Positions 39,102-46,761 of a DNA stretch of 64,000 bases are shown piece after piece. Source of the DNA: a virus; the IMG/VR virus record IMGVR_UViG_3300017987_000009, positions 27,589 through 91,588 of that record; one strand, given 5' to 3'. The notes under the pieces are model-generated. The model had not been told where the DNA came from, searched no databases, and saw nothing but the letters and a program-made list of their open reading frames with translations. A program made the translations under genes and the position numbers. Each line of letters starts with the position of its first letter. Position 1 is the first letter of the stretch.

Positions 39102-40700
39102 ACACGCCGCCCGGCAACAGGGCGCCCCTGAGGCCAACCTCGCCGCGCCAGCGAGAAGCCGAGAGCGACCGCGACGAAGGAGCGCGGCACGCCGCGCGCA
39201 CAGCGACGAACGCGACACCGGGCACGGCACACGGCGGCACTCGAACCCCCGCCTGCCGGCCAGCCTCGCGCCGGCCGCCACACGCCCGACAACGCGCGAC
39301 TCCTACCCGCACCACGCGCCGACACCACGTACGCCGCGACTCCCACGACACACACGCCGCCTGGACGCGACGGCAGCCGCGGGGGGCGAATATCGACCGG
39401 GACAGGACCGGCTCCGGCCCGGAGCCAGGCCAGGGGCCAGGCCTCCGGCGCGTCGTCGACGCCGACGTCGCCAGCCGCGACGCGTCGGGCGCTCGGAGCC
39501 GCCGCCCGCCTCCGGCTCGGAGGGCGCGGCGCAAGCCCTCGTAACCGTTGCGCTTTCCCGTCCAGCCGCGACGGCGGCGCGACGGGCGCGGTTCTGTGAC
39601 GCCGCGAGCGCGCGGTCACGCGTCGCCGACGAAGTTCGTGGTCCTCGTGGCGCTACCTGCAGCAACACGCGCCAGCACGCCCCCCCCCCCAGTGCCCAGG
39701 GAAGCGCGGCGCGACCTCGGATTGATGCCGTGCCTGCCCCGCGCGGCGAGCAGGACTGGTCGCGCGGAGATTGGGTCGCGGGACGGAGAGAGCGAGAGGT
39801 TGCGCGCACTTGCGGCGGCGAGCGGCGCGGGGCGGCGGGTCCGTGGCGGGCCGGCGGCGGCTCGCGCGACGTCCCGGTGGCGCGCCCCGGGCGCGCCCCA
39901 GGGGGGGGGGCGTCCCCAGGCGGGGCCGCTGGCCGGGCGCGCGGCGGGCGGGCCTGTGGCGACGCAAGTGCTTGTTTTCGTGGGCGAAAGGCGTGCGCGT
40001 GGCGTTGGCGGGCCGGTGCGCCGGCGGGGCGCCGGCGGGGCGCCGTCTGGCCGCGAGGCCAGAGGTGCTGCGAGTGCTGCGAGCGCCGGCCTGGAGGGGC
40101 GGGGCGCAAGTGCCTGGAATCGCTGGCTCCGTCCGTGGCGCGGGCCCCGCGGCGTCGGCCGCCGGTCCCGGCGCGCGGCGCCGGCCTCCAGCCTCGAGGC
40201 GGCGGCGCGTCGGCGGCGCGAGGGCGGCCGCGGCGGTGCGTGGCGGTGCGTGGCGGTGCCAAGGGCGGCGGGGTGCGGCAGGTGCGGCATAGCGCGCGGC
40301 CGGTCCCGGGGCGGCGCGCCGGCCGGCCGGCGGGAAGGGCGGTTCGGCGCCGGCGGGGCGGCGACGTCGGCCCGTGCCGCCTCCGGCCCGGGCGGGCGTA
40401 CGTTCCGCCGCCGGGTCGCCCGCGGCGGACACGGGCGCTCGTGGCCACCCGTCGCGCGGCAGCGCGGAAACCGCTTGTTTTCGCGGCCCGGTTGGCGGTG
40501 GCGCGCGACGAGCGCGACGTGCGCGCGCGGGAGTGGCAAGTTTTCGCTAGTTATTACAATAGCTTGCCGAAAGTAGCGGTTTTCGCTTCTAGATTGGCTC
40601 TCGCTGGCGCTCGCGACGCGGACGAGAAAGCTAGTGGTTACGATAGTTTGTAAATCTCTTGACAAGTCGCTGTGTACACACGCGCTTGTCTGGTCATAAT
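39102..40700. other. Long, extremely GC-rich, apparently non-coding region
   Basis: Only R/P/A/G-rich shadow ORFs; C/A-skewed first part, G-skewed second part; C11 and G10 runs; ends in an AT-rich block. Confidence 0.7.
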
Positions 40701-40710
40701 AATACTTATG
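40540..40710 (+). promoter_or_regulatory. AT-rich control region upstream of the probable early operon
   Basis: TTGACA (40659), CATAAT (40695), imperfect 30-bp palindrome 40661-40690, 21-bp direct repeats at 40546 and 40630. Confidence 0.65.
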
Positions 40711-40737
40711 GCGCAGTCAACGACAAGGAGCGAGACG

Positions 40738-41637
40738 GTGACGGGAATGAAAGAGATCAAGTTCGGAATCGAGATCGAGACGGTGGGCGCGGGTCGCGAG
40801 CGCGTCGCCCGCGGGATCGCCGGCGCGATGGGCTGGACCGCGCGCGTCGACTACCACTGCACGGTGCGCGACGACCGCGGCCGCGACTGGAAAGTCGTGA
40901 CAGACGCGTCGCTGTCCTACAACGGCGCGGAGGTCGTCAGCCCGGTCCTCGAGTACTCCGACATGGACACGCTGCAGGCCGTCGTCCGGGCCGTCCGCCG
41001 GGCCGGCGCGCGCGTCGACTCGACGTGCGGCATCCACATCCACGTCGACGCGGCCGCGTTCGACACCAAGGCGATCGTGAGGCTCGCGAAGCTCTTCTAC
41101 CGGAAGGAGCGGATGCTGAAGCACGCGCTCGAGGTCATCCGCTCCCGCGGCGACCGGTACGCGTGGGACATGAACGCGCGCGGCTTCATGGACCGCCTCC
41201 TCTCGCGGTCGCGGCCGCCCAAGACCCTCGACGAGCTCAACCGCGTGTGGTACGGCCAGCGCGCCGTCTACGACCCGGCCCGCTGCAGCGACCACTACAA
41301 CTCGTCGCGCTACCACGCGCTCAACCTGCACAACGTGTGGTACCGCGGCACCGTCGAGTTCCGGCTCTTCAACTCGGTGCTCCACGCCGGCAAGGTCAAG
41401 TCGTACGTCCAGTTCTGCCTCGCCATCGCGGCCAAGGCGATCAACGCGCGGTCGGCGAGCGCGAAGCGCGGCTACGAGTTCGACCCCGAGAACGCGCGCT
41501 ACGAGCTCTGGTGGTTCCTGCACGAGCTCGGCCTGGTCGGCGACGAGTTCAAGGTCTGCCGCCACCACCTCACCTCGCACCTCAAGGGGACGAGCAAGAA
41601 GCGGACGCAGAACGGGAGCGCGGCCGCGGCCGCGTAG
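40738..41637 (+). CDS. Putative amidoligase (Amidoligase_2, COOH-NH2 ligase fold)
   Basis: FGIEIET, WKVVTDASL, EVVSPVL, STCGIHIHV, RYHALNL, GTVEFR; AAGGAG 7 nt before GTG 40738. Confidence 0.9.
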   Translation: MTGMKEIKFGIEIETVGAGRERVARGIAGAMGWTARVDYHCTVRDDRGRDWKVVTDASLSYNGAEVVSPVLEYSDMDTLQAVVRAVRRAGARVDSTCGIHIHVDAAAFDTKAIVRLAKLFYRKERMLKHALEVIRSRGDRYAWDMNARGFMDRLLSRSRPPKTLDELNRVWYGQRAVYDPARCSDHYNSSRYHALNLHNVWYRGTVEFRLFNSVLHAGKVKSYVQFCLAIAAKAINARSASAKRGYEFDPENARYELWWFLHELGLVGDEFKVCRHHLTSHLKGTSKKRTQNGSAAAAA

Positions 41638-41649
41638 GGGCGCGGCGCC

Positions 41650-41697
41650 CCCGCGGCACGGTGCGGGACGGCGGTTCGACTCCGCCGCGCGGGGCCA
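41650..41697 (+). ncRNA. tRNA-like minihelix (T-arm + acceptor stem + CCA)
   Basis: GGCGG-TTCGACT-CCGCC T-arm directly followed by GCGCGGG-G-CCA, pairing 6/7 with CCCGCGG; no D or anticodon arm. Confidence 0.5.
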
Positions 41698-41723
41698 ACG
41701 AAGCACGGACAAGGAGGAGCGAG

Positions 41724-41951
41724 ATGCTGCTATTCGGAAAGTGGGAGATCAGAGGACGGGAGACGACGGTGGTGGCGGACCGCGGCCGGATTGAGCTGGC
41801 GATCCGCAGCCTGCTCGGCACGGCGACGATGCCGGGGCAGTTCGCGCGCACGTCGTTCACGCCGCGCGACGCGCGCAAGCTGGCGCGCCAGCTCGTCGAC
41901 GCGGCCGACGCGACCGAGGGGCGGATCGGCGTGTCGCGGAGGGCGGTCTGA
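41724..41951 (+). CDS. Hypothetical protein
   Basis: GACAAGGAGG RBS; coupled to next gene. Confidence 0.6.
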   Translation: MLLFGKWEIRGRETTVVADRGRIELAIRSLLGTATMPGQFARTSFTPRDARKLARQLVDAADATEGRIGVSRRAV

Positions 41952-42340
41952 TGCCGTCGAGGAACGAGACGGTCCGCCGGAAGTTCAAGAGGGACGAGGT
42001 CGCGTGGGTCGCCCGGCAACTCGGCGTCGACCGCGCGACCGCTTTCCGCGTCATGCGGCGCGCGTGGCTCGGCGCGGCGGAGGCCTTCGGCTGGGAGCGC
42101 GCCAACGGGCTCGGCTTCCGGGTCGAGACGACGGAGCGGCGGCACCGCACCTCCGTCGTGGTCAGCGTGACGAGCGCGGTCCGCGGCTGGTCGGGCCGGG
42201 ACCACAACCACAACCGGGTGTCGCGCCGCGTGTACCGCGCCGGCGACACGCACGCGCCGACCTTCGATGGGCAGCGCAACATCAACGCCGTGGGCAACGG
42301 CGTCGAGTACCGCCGCGGGCCGGCTCGGGTGGCGCGGTGA
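41951..42340 (+). CDS. Hypothetical HTH-like protein (paralog of 43775-44062)
   Basis: RRKFKRDEVAWVARQLGVDRATAFRVM. Confidence 0.6.
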   Translation: MPSRNETVRRKFKRDEVAWVARQLGVDRATAFRVMRRAWLGAAEAFGWERANGLGFRVETTERRHRTSVVVSVTSAVRGWSGRDHNHNRVSRRVYRAGDTHAPTFDGQRNINAVGNGVEYRRGPARVAR

Positions 42341-42649
42341 CCCGTAGGTTCCTCACGACGGTCTTCGTGCTCGTCCGCTTCGCGGTGGCGAGCGCGACGC
42401 CGGCCGCCGACTGGTCGGCGAGCGTCAACAACAACGGCGGCGGCTTCGTCGCGGTAGAGGAGAAGAGGTAGTGCAGACGTCTCGACGCGCGCGACCGGTC
42501 GGCGGAGCGGATCTCGCTGACTGCGCCATCATTCAGCCCGTCCCGGCTGCCGGCCGGTCGGGCGCGTCGAGACCGACTGCGTCGCACCTTGGTGCGGCGC
42601 GGGCCAAAGCCCGGGCACGGCGCCCGGCACGGACAAGGAGGCGAGAGCA

Positions 42650-43045
42650 ATGACACGCAAGGAGATCGTATGGATTGCGCGGGAGATCGTGGGCCAGATG
42701 AGCGACGACGACCGAGCGGGGTACACGCGGTGCGGGTGGCGAGACGGCGTGGCGATGATGCTACGCGACGATTGGGCCGGCGCGGACCTGGATGACGTGC
42801 TCGACTCGATCGACGACGAGATCGAGGCCGGCCGACCTCGATACACGACGAGCGGCCCCGTCAGAGGATCGTGCGGCCACTACCACCGCACCATCGAGGC
42901 GGCGGTGCGGTGCCTCGAGCGGGATCGCGCGGGGTGTCGGCGGCAAGGCGGGTACTCCGACCGCGAGGTCCGGTACGCTGACGGCTCTCGGCTGACAGAG
43001 GCCGACTACCAGTCGGCGCTTGGAGCCGAGAGAGGCGCGCGATGA
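42650..43045 (+). CDS. Hypothetical protein
   Basis: GACAAGGAGG RBS; GSCGHYHRTIEAA..C..GGYSDR motif. Confidence 0.6.
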   Translation: MTRKEIVWIAREIVGQMSDDDRAGYTRCGWRDGVAMMLRDDWAGADLDDVLDSIDDEIEAGRPRYTTSGPVRGSCGHYHRTIEAAVRCLERDRAGCRRQGGYSDREVRYADGSRLTEADYQSALGAERGAR

Positions 43046-43338
43046 TGACCGAGAAGAAGATGGAGTCCTTCCTGTACGGCGTGTTCGAGGCGCTCGCGTT
43101 CGGCGAGAGCGACGAGCTGCCGGAGATCCTCGCCGGCGCGCTGTACGCCGACGGCGAGAGCGGCGGCGACTCCGCGGTCGAGGCGTCGGCTGTGCTGCGC
43201 GACTTCCGGTGGGACACGTTCGAGGAGAAGGGCGTGCTGACGAGGGACCGCGGGCTGGTCGTGAGCTTCGGCGACGGCCGCGAGTTCCAGCTGACGGTGG
43301 TGAGGTCGCGGTCGCGGCCGGCGCGCCGGCGGCGATGA
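43042..43338 (+). CDS. Hypothetical acidic protein
   Basis: TFEEKGVLTRDRGLVV...DGREFQLTVV; coupled start. Confidence 0.6.
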   Translation: MMTEKKMESFLYGVFEALAFGESDELPEILAGALYADGESGGDSAVEASAVLRDFRWDTFEEKGVLTRDRGLVVSFGDGREFQLTVVRSRSRPARRRR

Positions 43339-43396
43339 CCTCAAGCCGGCGCGGCCGTGGGCGTGACAAGCCCGCTGAACGGACAAGGAGACAGCG

Positions 43397-43687
43397 ATGA
43401 CGAACAGGAACGACAACATCCAGGTAGGTGACATGGTGCGCAGTTTTGATTTTCCGACGCTCAACCGGAGCGAGGTTGGCGAGGACGCGTGCTACGTCGA
43501 GGGAGAGGTCGTGGAGTTTAGGCGGATTGAGGGTCGCACGCGGTACGTGATCCGGGCGACCCGGCGCGTGTTCGGCGGCAAGGAGGTCGAAGCGGAGCAG
43601 CGCAATTTTTACCCGCCTGTCAACGGCACGCCGTGCGCCTTCGGACGGAGCGTGACGGACGGCGTGGAGAAGATCGAGGCTAACTGA
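43397..43687 (+). CDS. Hypothetical SH3-like protein
   Basis: IQVGDMVRSFDF...CYVEGEV; GACAAGGAG RBS. Confidence 0.6.
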   Translation: MTNRNDNIQVGDMVRSFDFPTLNRSEVGEDACYVEGEVVEFRRIEGRTRYVIRATRRVFGGKEVEAEQRNFYPPVNGTPCAFGRSVTDGVEKIEAN

Positions 43688-43688
43688 A

Positions 43689-43748
43689 GTCGAAACGCGG
43701 CAGAGTGTCGCCGCGTCGGGCACGTTGGCAACGTGCCCCTGACGAGAC
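43689..43748 (+). ncRNA. Type II hammerhead ribozyme
   Basis: GTC-GAAA-CGCGGC(loop)GCCGCG-TC^-GGGCACGTTG(G)CAACGTGCCC-CTGACGA-GAC: complete core, stems I/II/III paired, GUC cleavage after 43717. Confidence 0.9.
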
Positions 43749-43774
43749 AGCCAACAGGACAAGGAGGAACGGAG

Positions 43775-44062
43775 ATGTCGAGGCAACAGAGACAGCAGAC
43801 GGTAGAGCGGCGGAAGTTCCGCCGCCTCGAGGTCGCGTGGGTCGCGCGGCTGCTCGGCGTCCGCCGGGGCAAGGCGCTGCGGATCATGGACAAGGTGTAC
43901 CGGGAGGCCGAGCGCGCCAACGCGAAGACGTGGTGCGTGCGGTCGGTGGCGAAGGCCGGGCAGGTCGGCGTGCGGCTCGGCCTGGAGATGGCGAAGGACG
44001 ACGCGCGCGTCCCCGCCGGCGGCGGCCTGACGCTGGGCCGCGCGTACTTCAGGGAGGCGTAG
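43775..44062 (+). CDS. Hypothetical HTH-like protein (paralog of 41951-42340)
   Basis: RRKFRRLEVAWVARLLGVRRGKALRIM; GACAAGGAGG RBS. Confidence 0.6.
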   Translation: MSRQQRQQTVERRKFRRLEVAWVARLLGVRRGKALRIMDKVYREAERANAKTWCVRSVAKAGQVGVRLGLEMAKDDARVPAGGGLTLGRAYFREA

Positions 44063-44063
44063 G

Positions 44064-44960
44064 ATGGGACGGAGGAACGGCAAGAAGCCGCTCGAGGGCC
44101 GGCAGCTGTACTTCGCCTTCGGGTCGAACCTCGTCGCGCGGCAGATGCGCGAGAGGTGCCCGTCGTCGCGCCCGGTGTCGCGGGCGCGCCTCGACGGGTG
44201 GCGGATCGCGTTCGGCGGCCACTCCGGGTCGTGGGACGGCGCGGTCGCCGACGTCGTCCGCGAGGCCGGGGCGTGGGTCGACGGCGTGCTGTACGAGCTG
44301 TCGGCCGCCGACGTCTACGCGCTCGACGCCTTCGAGGGCCACCCCTACGCGTACCTGCGGCGCCAGCTCGCCGTGGCGACGCCGCGCGGCCGGCGCGTCA
44401 AGGCGTTCGTCTACGCGCAGACGGGGCTCGCGATGTTCACGTCGCGCGTGTCGCGCGTGTACTACAAGCGGATGTACGACGCCTACCGGCGGCTCGGCTT
44501 CAACGTGTCGCCGCTGGCGCGCGCCCGCCTCGAGCACGACCGCGAGGTCGACGATCTGATCGCGGAGGACACCCACCGGGTGTTCGTCTACGGCTCGCTC
44601 CTCCGGGGCGAGGGCAACGACGGGTTCCTCCGCGGCTCGTACCTGGTCGGGAAGGCGCGGACCGCGCCGGGGTTCGAGCTGTTCGACCTCGGCGCGTACC
44701 CGGGCATGGTCGCGCGGGGGACGACCGGGCAGGTCGCCGGCGAGGTGTACGAGGTCGACACGCTGACGCTGGCTAGCCTCGACCGCCTCGAGGGCCACCC
44801 GCGGTTCTACCGCCGGACGACGATCCGGCTGGAGGACGGCGACGTGGTCGAGACCTACCTGTTGCAGGACCACCACGTCGCGGACCGCGAGCGGGTCGCG
44901 ACGGGAAACTGGCGCCGCAGGGAGCGGCGCGGAGGAGAGGAGGTGCGGCTTGTTCATTAG
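44064..44960 (+). CDS. Tandem gamma-glutamylcyclotransferase (two AIG2/GGCT domains)
   Basis: LYFAFGSNL...LDAFEGHP..Y and VFVYGSLLRG...LDRLEGHP.FYRR. Confidence 0.9.
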   Translation: MGRRNGKKPLEGRQLYFAFGSNLVARQMRERCPSSRPVSRARLDGWRIAFGGHSGSWDGAVADVVREAGAWVDGVLYELSAADVYALDAFEGHPYAYLRRQLAVATPRGRRVKAFVYAQTGLAMFTSRVSRVYYKRMYDAYRRLGFNVSPLARARLEHDREVDDLIAEDTHRVFVYGSLLRGEGNDGFLRGSYLVGKARTAPGFELFDLGAYPGMVARGTTGQVAGEVYEVDTLTLASLDRLEGHPRFYRRTTIRLEDGDVVETYLLQDHHVADRERVATGNWRRRERRGGEEVRLVH

Positions 44961-45195
44961 AAGCACGGAGGACGGCCGCGTGTTCGGCGGCACCGCTGTC
45001 GAGATCGTCGAGTCGATGCGCGGAGAGGCGTTCACGACCTCGCGCACTGTCGGCGAGTACGTCGACGAGCTCGTGGCGAGCGTCAAGCGCCTGCGCGGCG
45101 TCGACCTGGAGGTCGGCGACGGCTGCGACGCCGACAAGGCCGAGAGGTTCGTCGACGCGATGGTGGACGCCGGGCTGTTCGAGCACGCGGACTGA
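44950..45195 (+). CDS. Hypothetical protein
   Basis: GGAGG RBS; overlaps the GGCT end. Confidence 0.55.
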   Translation: MFIRSTEDGRVFGGTAVEIVESMRGEAFTTSRTVGEYVDELVASVKRLRGVDLEVGDGCDADKAERFVDAMVDAGLFEHAD

Positions 45196-45196
45196 C

Positions 45197-45251
45197 GCAG
45201 AAACCGCCCCGCCACGGGGCGGTCGCCGGGTGGCTCCCGGCCTGACGACGC
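45197..45251 (+). ncRNA. Second type II hammerhead ribozyme
   Basis: GCA-GAAA-CCGCCCCG(CCA)CGGGGCGG-TC^-GCCGGG(TGGCT)CCCGGC-CTGACGA-CGC; core intact, C.A mismatch at the first stem II pair; cleavage after 45224. Confidence 0.8.
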
Positions 45252-45284
45252 ACGCCGGCTAGCCGCGGCGGAAAGGACAAGAAG

Positions 45285-46475
45285 ATGGATCTGATGAAGG
45301 CAAGCAACCAGTGGTCGAGCCGGCCGGCCGACGAGACCTTTTGGGGCCTCGACGACGCGCAGGTGGCGGCGCTGGCTATGAAGAACGCGGCGCGCGAGGC
45401 GAAGGACGTGCCGTACGACGCGCTTCACGTCGAGGCGATCGACGGGGAGCTCGCGCTGGTCGGGCAGTCGGGGAAGCCGGCGTTCCCGACCTTCAGCGCG
45501 ACGGGGCAGCTGTGCGCCCGGGCGAGGTTCCCCCACTCGGTCGCGGCGCGCCAGCCCGCTCAGCTCGCGGCCGACAACATCAACTGGGGCCTCGGGGAGC
45601 GGCTCAAGGCCAGGAGCGGCGACGAGAACGGCGACAGCTGCGTGCTCCTCCTCCACAAGGGGGACGAGCGCCTCGGGCTGCGCGCCATGACCAGCGAGAA
45701 GTACGAGCGGCTGTGGCACTCCGACCTGCTCGCGCGCACCAGGTCGATGCTCGGCTCCGGCTGGCGCGTGCCGCCCGCTCGCCCTTCGCCCTCGCGGTGC
45801 GCCGACCCGCGGATCCGGCCGGCCACCGAGGACGACATCCGCGGGATTGAGGGGCTGACCTCCATCGGGGTCGGCGACACGATCGGGCCCGCCGGCGCGT
45901 ACGTGTCCGACAAGGACATGTTCGTGTTCGTCGTGAACAAGAACGCCATCGACGGGCCGAGCGGCGGCCTGTCGCGGTTCGCCTTCCTGTTCAACAACGA
46001 GATCGGCACCGGGTCGTGGGGCTTCACCTTCGGGTACTTCGACCACGTCTGCGGGAACCACATCGTGTGGGGCGCGCAGGGCGTCAAGGAGATCCGGGTG
46101 CGCCACGTCGGCGAGGGCTCGTTCGAGGACGGCGTCGGCAAGGTCGTGTGCGAGCTGCGCGAGTACGCCGACAGCGCGGCGTCGCTCGACGAGGCAGGGC
46201 TGAAGCGGGCCGCGACCCTCGAGCTCGGCGCGACGCGGGACGAGGTCGTCGAGGCCGTGTTCGAGTTCGCCCGCAAGAAGCGCGTGGGCGAGCTGAGCGA
46301 GAAGCGGATCAAGGCGGCGTACGACCGGGCCGTCGAGGCCGACCGGTACGGCGCCCCGAACACGCCGTGGGCCATCTCATCCGGGCTGACCGAGCTGAGC
46401 CAGGAGACGGCGTTCGCCAACGAGCGGCTCGGCCTCGACCGCGCCGCCGGCCGCGTGCTCGAGATGGCGTTCTAG
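45285..46475 (+). CDS. DUF932-like protein
   Basis: W..RP.DE.F, LRAMTSEKYERLW, YVSDKDMFVF, N.EIG, VCGNHIVWG, RH pattern. Confidence 0.6.
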   Translation: MDLMKASNQWSSRPADETFWGLDDAQVAALAMKNAAREAKDVPYDALHVEAIDGELALVGQSGKPAFPTFSATGQLCARARFPHSVAARQPAQLAADNINWGLGERLKARSGDENGDSCVLLLHKGDERLGLRAMTSEKYERLWHSDLLARTRSMLGSGWRVPPARPSPSRCADPRIRPATEDDIRGIEGLTSIGVGDTIGPAGAYVSDKDMFVFVVNKNAIDGPSGGLSRFAFLFNNEIGTGSWGFTFGYFDHVCGNHIVWGAQGVKEIRVRHVGEGSFEDGVGKVVCELREYADSAASLDEAGLKRAATLELGATRDEVVEAVFEFARKKRVGELSEKRIKAAYDRAVEADRYGAPNTPWAISSGLTELSQETAFANERLGLDRAAGRVLEMAF

Positions 46476-46569
46476 CAGCGCGAGTCGCGCGAGCGACCGT
46501 TGCCCCGCCGCGACCTTGGCCGGCGCGGCGGGGGCCAAGCGGCACGGTGCCGCGGACAAGGAGGACGAC

Positions 46570-46761
46570 GTGACGAACGAGGAGCGGAGGAACAGGGTTA
46601 GGCGCCGGCAGCGGGCGCGGGAGCGCGAGGACGCGCGGCAGCTGTCGACGACTGAGGTCGAGCGCATGGTGAGCGACGCCGCGATCGCGGCCGAGCTGTT
46701 CGGCGAGGACGGCCTCGAGGGGTTCGCCGCGGCGCTGCGGCGGGAGAGGAGGCGGGCGTGA
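46570..46761 (+). CDS. Hypothetical protein
   Basis: GACAAGGAGG RBS before GTG 46570. Confidence 0.55.
   Translation: MTNEERRNRVRRRQRAREREDARQLSTTEVERMVSDAAIAAELFGEDGLEGFAAALRRERRRA

Noticed and set aside
39098-40665. ORFs of 170-380 aa across the GC-rich tract
   Set aside because: Low-complexity translations in all frames, with no RBS or phage-like codon pattern.
41650-41697. Functional tRNA gene
   Set aside because: No D arm or anticodon arm; only 48 nt.
43339-43380. GGGCGTGACAAGCCCGC resembling the twister ribozyme P4 loop
   Set aside because: P1/P2 partners and the downstream GAG pseudoknot strand could not be placed; kept only as an unassigned hairpin.
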